Shown in pieces: positions 23,758 to 36,035 of a stretch of DNA of 64,000 nucleotides. The translations under genes were made by a program, and so were the position numbers. Below the pieces are notes generated by a model, which did no database searches, had not been told where the DNA came from, and saw only the letters and a program-made list of their open reading frames with translations. The DNA comes from Squalus acanthias (taxonomy: Eukaryota), in the NCBI GenBank assembly GCA_030390025.1, contig CM059432.1:42286001-42350000 (forward strand), in the 5' to 3' direction. Position 1 is the stretch's first letter; each line of letters begins with the position of its first letter.

Positions 23758-26700
23758 AGCTTGCAAGCAGTCTGATTTAAACTTAGCTAGTCTGCAGTTA
23801 CATGCCGAGAGAAATAAATGTGGTTGAGGTAGTGATCACTACTAAGAGCATTTATTTGTTCTGCTAGCTGCTGTGCCTTCTTTGATGAGAAGCTCGCTCA
23901 TCCTCTGATTCTTAGTATAATAATGCAATGCAAAATTAATAGGTTTCTATAATTCCTGAAAGGTTGATCATGTGCAGGACATTTCTTTTCTACTCTTCAT
24001 GCTTCTGCCCACAGTTATTACACTGCTGTACTTGTACTGTGGCACTGCTGTACCTTCTTTGATGGTCTTAGCTGGGTGGGTTATGGTCTCACCTTTTACG
24101 TAGAAAATGAGCTGTAGCTAGGTTCTGTATAGCTCAAATGTGTTTCTTTGAGAACTCCACACATTTGCAGTAATTTTGATAAATCTTAATCTGTCTCTAA
24201 AGAGTCCCTCAAGTCAGCTCTAATTCCACATATAATCCTATCTCTGATCAAAGATTCATGCAATTCTTCAAAAATTCATACAGTTGATAAATTTTTCAGT
24301 TCAATGACATATTTCTCCGGTTGTTTTCCAGTCTCTTGGTTGTAAGTAAAACATTTTGGAGCACTTAATGGTCTGAATTTTCTTATGGTTGCATTGCCTC
24401 TGCCAGGATTCATTCTTCTGGAACTCTAGTAAACTGCACAGGACTGTACGGCTCTCTCCCCGACTGCCTATTAGGTGCAAAAACATTTTAACTTTCATTT
24501 TCTCATCTTTGCCAGTTGTTGCAAGTTCTCTATATAATTGTAATTGTCCTTTCTGGTGCTTTCAGACTTTTGGAGAATCTGCTTTGATTTATATCTGTGC
24601 TGGTGGTTTTAACTGGTCCATATCTGCAGGCTTTAAGCACTTACACTGTACTTATCGGAAACTATTCAGCCGATCATCTATACATCTCTCCTGATTTTAA
24701 ATTGTGAGAGACGTATAACAGGCAGCTGAATCGATAGCGCCCATTTTACACTATCGCCCAAAGTCAAAATTACCTCCAGAGTGTTTAGAATATCCCGAGG
24801 ACATGAAAAGTGCAAGGCAAGTGCAGTTCTGTTTTCTTTCTTTCCTGAATTCTAGTGAACTCCTTGGTGGTTGAGAAATTAGTTCAAAGGAATTTTTTCC
24901 AATATTTTTTGCAACAGGGTACAACAGGGATCACTGTTTCAAGTTTTGACGTTTTTTGCTGTATTGCTTTAGTTAGGCCCCTGTTTCAGTGACTTGTGAT
25001 TGCTTCTTCCAGCCTTTTCTTCTCATCTCTGAATGATTGCACGTCTGACACTACATGATTGAGAAGTTAGATTTCATGTTTAGAACAAAAACAATTTATT
25101 TATAAATATATGTGGAGCAAAATATTAATTAGAGAAGGAACACAATTTAAAATATACAATAGTTTTGAAAATTGAATACTTATTACATTTCTTTTTATTG
25201 CTGAACAGAGTTTATCTATTATTTATTAAAAATGATAGGTGGGTCACAATATTCCATTTTAAAATGGATTGAAAACTCCTAAGTCAAACTAGTTATTTGG
25301 AAAATCTCATAACAAAAGTGTCGATATATACCTGCAATATTTGTTATGCCCATAGGTGGTGGGGTGATAGGGGTTTTCAATGTTAAACTTTGCTAACGAT
25401 AACCTTATTTGCATATGCAAAGGGTCTAACGCCTGTTTCAGGCATGGGCCCTGGATGCCTATTTTTTTCCCTATACCACTATGATGAGCAGCGCACTTTT
25501 GGTTCGTAATGAGTGCACGCTTCCTGCCTGCCATATTGGATGCTTAGGTGTCTGTTTAGCGCCTGAAAATCTGGTGTGGTGCCATCAAATTTTTAGGTTT
25601 CTTTATTTTTTGGAAAATCAGGCCACTGAGATACTGAGGCAGCTTCCCGCCACTCCCCGCTGAGGTACATTCCACCACTTCAGCTGAGGTACTTTTCCAA
25701 CCGTCTCCCGCCAACTGAGAGAGCTTCCCCCATCTACTATCTCACTTTCCTCCTCAGCCCCCTTTCCATCGTCCTCTTCTCTTTTCCCTCCTGCCCCTCT
25801 TCCCTGTTGCCCTTACACTTCCTTCTTCTCCCCCACCCCCGCCATTCCCCTCCGACCCTTCATTCTCCCTTCCTCACCCCTTCCTCCATCTTGGCTCAAT
25901 TATTCTCCCACCCTCTAACCCTGTCTGACCTGCAGACAGGGCTTGGTCTTGACTATCTGTATGCAAAACCATGGGGGAAGGGATGATGAGTACAACATTA
26001 AAAATAGAAATAGTTTTATATAAACTATTCATAATTCTATCTATGGTTTCAGACATATCTTCACTTATTTAGTTACAGAAAATAAAACATTAAGAGGTAA
26101 TAATCTTTTTATAAGTTCAGGAAACTAAGCATTGCAGATCAGATTGTAAAAATAGAAAAGCATTTGGAATTTTAAGCATGCTGGGTGTGAAACCACAGAA
26201 ATGTTTTAAGGATGAAGTATTTTAGGAGTGCTGTATCATTCACTATAGTAGGATTCCTCTCTAGGAGTGATATTGTTCTATGATGAATGTCAAAAAAGGT
26301 AGCTCTGAAGGACGAGTACCACGGCATCGATTAGAAGGGTGTTGTGGCATTGTTTCAAGTCAGAACTGTCTCAAGATGCCTCCATTAGACAAGCCAAGAG
26401 CCAATTAAAAAATAAAACCTTCATATCCCAAGTGAACAACTTTGACAAACAATGTGGTGTGTCATACAGAGCCAAAGGCACAGAGATGTCAAATGAAGAA
26501 TCAAGGGGATTGAACTGAGATCCGCGAACGTGTAATTAGGGCTGAGCAACCGCTTTGGATGTGACACCTTACTTTAACCCTTTCCAACCTATTATTTTCT
26601 AGTTCTTTTGCTTTTAGTTGTCAGGATGACAATATTTTACCCTCTCCCAACCCACTGATTTTTGGATACATTGTACCTTGTTCCTGGGACACACATTGAC

Positions 26701-27177
26701 GTAAACATAGCTGTGTTTATCTTTATCAAAGTGTAGTCAATAAAACCAGAATTCTGTTACTATATTTGCAATGTTAGGCTGGACAAAAATCATTGCTTAG
26801 TTATATCCAGTTTAAATATAATAGTACTGACTACGATTAACATATGACTACTGTTAACAAGCCAATTGTAAACTGGCAAAAGTCATTTTTCAAGATTACT
26901 TGTTTGTGGAAATTTTACAAATGTGCAGAATGGTTTAGCAGGTGTGTAAATATAGCAGCACACTGTTTAAATATGCATTTGGAAGCTTGTTATTCTAAAT
27001 TAGTGCACATGTGCGATTCAGAAAACTTTGCTAAACTGCAAATTGCTATTTAGTAGGAAATCAAATTAGAAATGGCTGCAGTTGTTGGTAATTACCTGGA
27101 ATAGTAGATAAGCCACCTTACATTAACAAGCAGTGCCTTTTTGATAGAATTGATCACCTCGTATATTCATGGGATGC

Positions 27178-27312
27178 TGGGAATTTCCTTGGTGGTTCTC
27201 ATGATTGGCCACTGTAAACTCGGTGAAAGATTGAGGGAGACCCTGAATGTATGTTAACGGGGTTTCTGTCGATCTTCCCTTGAAGTTACGGCGGCCCATA
27301 GGGAAATCCCCC
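27178..27312. repeat. Degenerate palindromic MITE-like repeat
   Basis: Imperfect inverted repeat GGGAATTTCC...GGGAAATCCCC. Related sequences lie near 46870-46955, 55268-55375, and 56692-56750 / 59903-59955. Confidence 0.5.
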
Positions 27313-28803
27313 TGAAGAAACTTGCAGCGAGAGACTCAGACAATTCCCCTGGGAAATGATCTTTAGGCTGGTGGCAATTCTTTCAGACCATAGAAGACAC
27401 TTGCGCCATCACCAGCTACCAGCTGAATTATCCAGCAAATACCAGAACTCTCTAGGTCGGATAAATGACCTTGAGGTCAAAGTCTTGCATTTGCAATGCA
27501 TGTTACTCCCCATTTCTAGTAGCACGTGGAAGCAGAAGCAACATATCATTTAGATCTTGGTTTTCATTACAAATTATAATTTTCTACCAACTTTTAAAAA
27601 GAATTGACCTTTTATGTGAGTTTGAGAAAGTTACAGGTGCAAAAGCACCTTCTGACTATGCTTCCAAGCTATTATGAACCGTGATAATGCACTGATGGCC
27701 AAAAAACATGGTCCTAACTGTAAATGACCAAAGACCTCAACACATTTATTGATCTGCTGTCTGTATATCTCTAAATTTTCTAGCGGAAAAGACTTGTAAA
27801 AAATTGTAGCTGTCCAAGCATGCTGCATGATTATTTTAGCAATGTTTTTACCCTTCTGATAAAACCAGCCCATGCTATAATTAGAAAGAGGTAAATATGC
27901 CTTTAAAAGTGATTCTATACTATAAATTGGGTATTAAGGAGGCAATTTCATTAACAAATCAAGTTTGGCAAACCTTATTCCCCTGTTCGACAAACACAGT
28001 GACATGATATCCCAATTTGAGGTGCATGAAAATAATGTCTGGCTGTTCCAGTTATCCTTTGACTCCAGTGACCAGGACAATGACTGCAGACAAATTTCAA
28101 ATGGAAGGGAAAAGATTCTGACATTAGTCAGGCATCAATGTCAGGCTAGGTGTCACGAGTAACTGCTGCTCCTGTCAGGTCATTATATCCATTTTTCCAG
28201 CTTGCTGGCAACATCAAGGTAAACATGAATTTTTTTTTTAAGAATAGGCTTTCTAAATGTAATGGGGGCAATCAGTTGCACACATGTGCCTTTCAGATGA
28301 AGATTGTGTTATTTTGTTTTGAATTTCAAACACTTCTATTCCGTGAAATTGCAAAACCATAAATATGGTTGCTAATTTTACAGCTCCGGATTAACATGGC
28401 TCTTACTTCGAGCTAACTCTATATTGCCACACAGAGTTGACATATATAGGACTGAAATGAGGGAGTTAGGAAAATAATTCCCTGTAGAAAAGCACTATTC
28501 TACTCATTAATAACTGAGAGATCCTTTAATTCCACATTTATACTCAGAATGTGTTAAAAGATGGTGACTGTGCTGACACATCTTTGACCCTCTTTGACCA
28601 ATATTCCATGCTGCTGATTCAAAATCAGCATCAACCTGCACATTTGAGCTCACTCTCCTTGAATAATTTCTCCCCACTTCCTATCTATAGCCACTTTCTA
28701 AGGGGAGTGTATTCCTTTCTTCTTGGTTCTCTGGAGAAACTATGGGCAATCACTCTGAATTTCTCACTCTTATTGTCTGCTGGTGAATAGATAACACGGA
28801 CTC

Positions 28804-29838
28804 AGGCTGGATTTTACCAGCCCTGCGGAGGCGGGTTTGGAGGCGGGACTGCTGGGAAAATCCCCCAAAATGGGAGCAGGTCCCAAACCCGCTCCCAACC
28901 CGCTTCCAACCTTCTTAAAGCTAAAGGTATCAAGGGATATGGGGAGAAGGCAGGTACAGGGTACTGAGTTTGGATGATCAGCCATGATCTCATCGAATGG
29001 CGGAGCAGGCTCGAGGGGCCGAATGGCCTACTCCTGCTCCTATCTTCTATGTTTCCATCAAGAATGAGTTAGATATATTTCTTAACCAATCTTCCCAGGA
29101 GTCGGGTCCCCGGTTTGCGCAGGGACCCGAGTCCTAGCAGCAGGAAGAGGATTATAGCCACTTAACTGCCTGTTAACAGGTAGTTAACAGGCAGTTAAGA
29201 GGCTTTTTCCAATTTTTCGACTTCTGCTGCAGGCTTCCCGATGTCGGGGAACCCCGCCAGGGTAAGTGAGGCGTGCTGTGGGTCTGTTGCTATGTTGGTG
29301 TTTGGATGACAGCTGCAGAAGTGGTGTGAAGGATGCAATGGGACACTGGTTAGTATCAGAGGTAAGGACATGTTGTGAAAGTAATTTTTAATGTGGTTAG
29401 ATGTTTCTGCAGGTGACAAGCTGCGAAGTGTTTGTGTAGCTCATCTCATCGGGAGAAGTGACAGATGGCTTCTGCAATCTCAGCTGCAGCTGCCATCTAT
29501 TTTATCCTAAGGAGGGAGTAATTGGAGAGCCTGGGTACAAGGGCTCACCTTTGGACAGTGATTTTCAATGTTTGACAGCACCTCAATGCTGTCAAACACT
29601 GTCAAATCATCTGTCAAACAAGTGTGGTGCATATGCCTTTAAGAAAACCGGCAGATGAAGCGTCATCAACTGATATCATCTGACACCGGCTTTCCCTTAA
29701 TTGGCTGGCAAGCCCGCAGGGTGGGCTTGACAAGGCCAATCAGGGCAAAATAGCATTTGTTCGTCAGACGTCGGTGGACTAGAACTCAGAAGGTAGCAGT
29801 CCCACCCCCAACGTGTCTCAGTGAGTAAAATCCAGCCC
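28804..29838. mobile_element. Non-autonomous Harbinger-type element
   Basis: TIRs AGGCTGGATTTTAC and GTAAAATCCAGCCC. The subterminal CCGGCTTTCCCTTAATTGGCTGG resembles the end of the 87-2453 family. The TSD is imperfect. Confidence 0.75.
28912..29085 (+). mobile_element. Circularly permuted CR1 3' end inserted into the Harbinger-type element
   Basis: Same content as about 41578-41745 but rotated. TTCTTAA is duplicated at 28912-28918 and 29079-29085. Confidence 0.8.
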
Positions 29839-30827
29839 TGAGTATCTAAAGCAATGAGGTGCAATTCCAAATCTCTCTACAGGCACTGTTTTCAGACTTA
29901 ATTTGAATATGTAGTGCATTTAGTATAAGGGGGACCCCTCTCTGCACCACCCCCCCCCACCCCGCATCTGATTTCAAGGCTGCATAAAGAAGGCAACCCA
30001 CCTGATTTTTGTTCCATTAATTTCAATGGAATGACAGTTAGGCTGGTGATCTGCTCTATCAGGTTATCGTCCAAGAAGCGAAGTTGAAAATTGCCCCATG
30101 TACTGTCCCAGAAACCACAGGATAAACCACAATCACAGGCTGGCTCTATCAAAGGCTGCAGAAAATCATGCTGTAGAGTCTGTGAAGAAAAGAGCACCAT
30201 GAACAGTATTGTGAACCCAAGGCGGCCAACAAACCTCAATCTCAGGCAGGGCCCAAACTCTAGCCACCTGATAGGTTCTGAAATCCATGACTACCACACA
30301 AACCTCAGACTGACTTTGAGGCAGGCCCAGACCATAACTTCTTGACAAGCCCAAAGCAAGGTCTCCACTAACCAACCTCCCAAACACATAGGGGGCAATT
30401 GAAATCAATGGGATGTAAATAGGGCTGTTCTACAATGGGCAGGTGTCCTGCTTTGCCAGGTTACCATCCAGGTGGTGACATTGAAAATGATCCTCATAGA
30501 CTGTCATAAATTTTGTTACTCCTGTTGTTCCCTGTCTACTCATTAGCACATTTTGGTTACTTATTTACCTCCTCTCTGCCATCAACATCATCTCCTGTTC
30601 TTTATCTCCCTGGTCTCTTACAATACACCCTTACCCTCTCCTTTTGCAATATCTGTGTCCCATCTTTGACCCTATCTTACCCTATCTTACCCTATCCATC
30701 ACTACTCCATGCTGAATTTCTTTCCTGTCACCATCCTATGCTTTTGTCTTTCTTGGACAGGTGCACAGACTCCCTCAGTTCTAATGTAGGCATAGACCAC
30801 TGGTTCTCCCTGAGCAGTCAACCAAAG

Positions 30828-30980
30828 AGAACATAAGAATATAAGAACATAAGAAATAAGAGCAGGAGTAGGCCATACGGCCCCTCGAGCCTGCTCCGCC
30901 ATTCAATATGATCATGGCGGATCATCGACTTCAACTCCATTTTCCCGCCCAATCCCCATATCCCTTGATTCCCCTAGAGC
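30828..30980 (-). mobile_element. CR1 3' tail
   Basis: (AGAACATA)n tail followed by the reverse complement of the CR1 3' UTR stem-loop. Confidence 0.88.
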
Positions 30981-32982
30981 CTCATTCTTCTGTCCCAGTG
31001 CTTAGTCTATTTGCTATGTTCCCTTGAGATCAACTTCTCTGAAGAGGTGAGGCCAATCAATGTCTGGTGCATTTGAGAAACTTACCCCTACATGTTAAAA
31101 ATAGCAACAACAAAAAATATCCTATGGAATTGTTTTGATTGGTAAAAAAAAATAGGATTCAGAGCAACAGCCTTTCTGAATGAATAGTTTTTTTTTAACT
31201 TATAAACAACTGCATTCCAGGGATAATAGCACATTGATCAGAGTTCCCACTCCCAATCACGATCTCAAGACCCTTGCTGGAAGTGCTTGTGTCGATGTCA
31301 GGTGAGGACAGAATGTAAATTCCTCCATAGTCAAAAAATTCGACCTCAAAGGAACACTTCCCTACTACCCAGTGTGACATTTAAATTTCCTTCAAACATT
31401 AATCTTGTAGTTTCATGAGTAAAATGATTTCTTTAATACGGCCCAATTATGATTAAGCTAGAGATTAATTGATCAGCAATAATCAAGGTTGTATAATACT
31501 GTTCCACATGTGTTTTTGTCCTGTGCACTCATGGCAACTTTACTTAGGGACTCCACAATCAGGAGAGGGAAATCTTTCATTGAGGATTATACTGCAGGGT
31601 CAGTCACTTTCAACAAACCTGATTGCAACACAAAGGCATCTCAAAATCGGAAATTGATAAGTGCAGCTTGTTGGTTTTCTGACATATTCCATGACTTAGT
31701 TTAAGCCCCTCATAAGTTTCCTAAATAAGCTTCTGTATGAGTGGCTAGTAACCCCCTCGGACCTCTCAGCACAATAGTCTGTTCATTTTGACTATGTACT
31801 GCCACTTATCTGTCAAAATGGCATGTGTTGGTTTCTGGCATGTCACCCAGTGGGTGGGACAAAACGGGGCATAGCAAAGAAATGAAAAAGGAATATTTCT
31901 AGCTGAAGATGAAGGACAACTGCCAAACCTTCGATTTGGCAGGTGGAGCACATGAAGACCTAGCTAACTTCAGTTGTGAGACAAGTTGCAGAATGTAAAA
32001 ATAGGAAAGAAAAGCTAGCTGGAGGTGAGCAATAAAGGTCTGTCCCTTTACCTGGTAAAGATGGAGTGCGTGAAGACTCTGATTCCTCAGTTGTGGATAT
32101 TACTTTCCTTGTGGGGCTAGAGGGGTAAGATGGGTGTTAAATAATAGGTTCATTGCATTATAATTTTGCATTGGAAACATTATTTTCAGAACATCATACT
32201 TCAGCACTGAATCCATCTTTGAAAGAGAATTTTGGTTGGGCAGCAATCTGTGTTATCAAAATATGTCACCTATTTCTGCTTTATACAATGGAGAACTGTT
32301 GAATATTGCTACTGAATAAAATAGAACTCAAGTCTACTTGAAGCCAAGCAACATTCTACAATAGACTGCTTCATGAACTACATTGTTGGCTACTGCTCTC
32401 TATAATGAAATGAGAGTCCACCTAAAAGTTGAATTTATAAAAAACATTAAGAATGGTCAAAGGTCGGCAGCTTGATGGCATAACACATTGAAGCGCCAAC
32501 ATGCAATGCTACAGAACTGGGCAATACAGGTTTGATCCCTTAACATTGTTGAATCTCCAGTCTCAGCTCTGCTGATGTGGGAGGGACTATGCTCCAGTCA
32601 CTCCGTAGCTTCTGGTATCCAGCTCCAGCTGTATTGCTGGAGGTTCACATGCAGGCCAAACTCCCGTCCTTTCGGCTGCAGTGGTATGTGGCCTGAGGAG
32701 ATGGGGACTGAGGAGAAAAATAGGGAAACTTCATATAACCACAAAAATATATATTTTTTAATGAGTACTATTTATGGTACAAGCAGAATATGCAAGGCTA
32801 GCTTATAAATAAAATCATCACTCAGTCAGAACTTGTTCATGACTTTTTGACTCATTTAATACTACTTACTATCTTTTATTTTTAATACTATTTACTATCT
32901 TTTATTTTTACTGGAGACTCAAAGTGTTAAAGACAGGTTTTTACATAAGAATCTCTGTCATGTTTGGGGAGGAAGCTGTATG

Positions 32983-33702
32983 GGGGAGAAATTCCTCTAG
33001 AGGGCCATTTGGGGCGCTAAGTCAAAAATGTTTGAAAAGCTAGCGCCAGGTGCTAACCTTTTCAAACATTTGAGAAATTCCCATTTTTTGCTTCAAGAGG
33101 GAAATGGAGCGATAAAACAAGAGACAAAGAATGTCCCGATCCGGGGCGATGTGCTCAGCAGCGCCACGTGTGGCACTGCTGCGTTGCAGGGGCTCTTCCC
33201 TCAATTACAGGGAAAGGCTCCCCGCTGCGAGTTTTGCATTTTATTTGCCATCTGTTGGAGCACCGGGGTGCGGGAGTGCCGCGCGATCGGCCCGGCACTC
33301 AAGTGACCGATCGCGGCACTCAGCCCGCGTCCGTTGCTCAGAATTTTTTTTTTTTTAATTGCCGATTTTTTTCATGTCGGCCAGACACCGCGCCTTTAAA
33401 TGGCGCCCTGCGAGAGGCTGGCTTCACTGTTCACGACTCCTGCAGCAGTCGGTAACATCGCCCGGCACTGTTGCGGGGCGCGAGGGGGAATTTTTCTCCC
33501 GAGGCGCTACCGGGGCACTGTGCTGGGAAATTACGTCATGATCTCTGGGCGCAGAAGATCGGAGCGATACCCGGTAGCGCTGCCGTTAACCTCCCGTGGA
33601 ATTTCGCGGGAGGCGCGGCTATCGCCTCGGGGGGGGCGAAAAGCCATTTGCGCCCCCGTTAGTGCCTCTCACTGGAGGCGCAAACGAGGGGAATTTTGCC
33701 CC
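32983..33702. mobile_element. CpG-rich Harbinger-type MITE
   Basis: TIRs GGGGAGAAATTCC and GGAATTTTGCCCC. There is a sharp GC/CpG contrast with the flanks. No clean TSD. Confidence 0.7.
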
Positions 33703-36035
33703 CAACCTTAAATCAAAGATTCAGAACTTCAGCAGGAGTGGACATTCTGTGTTTTGGATGTCACTCACTGTCAACCTTGAGGAGATCAGGATAAGATGAA
33801 TGTTGGCAATTGTTCTGTGTAGAAGGAAAAGGCACTATTTGCTCAGTTTGAGGATGAAATCATTTGGAGATTCTGACAGAAGATAAGCCAAAAAAAAAAT
33901 CAGCTTTTCTGAAAAGATATGATTTTGCTTCTGCCTCAGATGTGCACTGACAAAATAATAATTATGATCAGGATTGGGATGAATGTGACACGTGTAGCTC
34001 TGGAGGGTCTTCAGAGGTTTATAAAATCATAGCATGTGATGCCATCAATTCTCTTCATAATCTTGAGTGAGAATGCCATAGTTGATATGGGTATTGAATC
34101 TATATGATGCCAACCTCATTTTATTTTAACTTTTTTTATCCTGGTGAATCTAAGATTAATGAATCGTAAAGCTAATCAGATTAAATATTTTTTTCATGCA
34201 CATTGAAGTGATATCTGGTTGCCAGACCTCTAAGGAATCCAAATAAATGAATTTGCACCTATGTATATATAAAGCCTGAAATATGTTGCCATGGAACAAG
34301 GGAAAATATAACTTCCTGTGGCTGTTTACTGATCCTAGTTGCTTTATTCATAAAGGTAGAGCCTTGAATGAGTCATCACATACAGATCTACTAAAATATT
34401 TTTTTTCATGAGTGTTTAAATCCACATGTGGAACAATATTATAAAACCTTGATCATTGCTAATCAATTAATCGTTGATATACATGATAGTGGAAGCCTGC
34501 AACAAACTTCACACGCATAAGAGTATTAGTTTTGAATTAGGAAAATAATAATTGACTACTTGTGTAGTGTATTACTAATTGATGATGTGGCTATTCCTTG
34601 AAGCGTAGCACTGTCACAATCAGTTTGGTGCACTGATCCAAGGGCTTTGTGCAACTGACAAACATAATAGAAATGTTTTTCTTCAAAAGGTCCACACAGG
34701 ATGAATTTTAAAATGGTTAAATGAGGTTCAGACAATGCTCGTTTAATGCCATTCAATTCATCATTTGCTAGCTATAATTTTATAATGTGTATATATAACA
34801 TATATGCATATTTCTTAAAAAGTTGAGAAAAAATCATCAGCTACGTACTAAACTGCAACTGTTTTAAAAATTATCCAGTACTATAATATTATACAAATGC
34901 ATTAAGATCATCTGGTATGTAACACCTCTGACTCTATCATATATCTGCACATATTATATTTTAAGATTACTTTATATTTGCACAGTAAATGATTTTTTAG
35001 TGGGATTTGATGTTAAGAACATAAGGAAGAATAGAACAAGAAAATGCTATTTGGCTCATCAAACCAATTTCTTCTTCAGGTCATGCACAATATGTCCCAT
35101 TATGAACTCTAATGAACAACCTTCAAAAAGTTAAAGCTCTGTGAAATTTCTCCTCTACTTCCAATAAATACTAATTGAATTTTACACACACTTACCATTC
35201 CACAGGTGACCCATCCACGGTCAAATGCATTAAGGCGTTCGTATTAAATTCCTTTGTCAGTTATTTTAACCAAGGCATTAATCTGTATATATTAAATGGG
35301 TTAAAGCTTTTGTTGAAATAGTGGATAGAGTGAATTCATATGAAAGTGCTAATGCATTTGTTACTCATATTGCATTGTGCGATTTCAACCCATAGGAGTT
35401 AAGTCATCAAAAATTGTGTATGCCTGTTCTTTGAGGGGCACAGAAAATCTTTTCATTGCTGTTGTGCTGATTTGTAGTTTTCCACATGGCAGATGGGACT
35501 GCTGGAGGCTGCACCCAAAAAGGTAAGTAAAAATCTTTTTGCTTAGTTGAATATGGAGCCAGGAGTAGCAGGAGCGCTGCTCCTGGCTCAACATTGAAAC
35601 TGCAAGCCACTGCCTGCCACCCCTCACCCTCCTCTCGATCTCCTTCCTCACCTTCCAGACTCACATTAGCCCCATCGCTGCCGGCCGACTTTCATCCCCT
35701 TCACAACCTCTTGGGGCATGACTGGTGCCCCCACCACACCGGTTGGGTCTTCTTGACACAAGACAACCGATTTTGCATGGTCCTCTTGTGCATCAGTCTC
35801 AGTGTGACGGTCATTGCCGCTGTTGGGTTCACACCTGGTTGCGGGCACAAACCAATTTTCTCGGCATTTATCTTTGTCTGTGCTATAAGCAAAAGAAATT
35901 TTTAATTCCAAAACTTCATTCTCATTTAGATTTTTTTCTAATGGGAGCAGTGGATTAGCACGTCGCCCTTTCACTTCTGGTATCTGGACCTAATTGCAGC
36001 CTACAATGAAAGTGGAGTGTCGTCTCTCTCTACTA

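Noticed and set aside
28870..28910. GGTCCCAAACCC resembling a twister ribozyme core
   Set aside because: I could not find the required flanking stems and pseudoknot partners. It lies in a Harbinger subterminal repeat.
32983..33702. CpG island or host gene promoter
   Set aside because: It is bounded by Harbinger-type TIRs, so the CpG richness is better explained by a young MITE.
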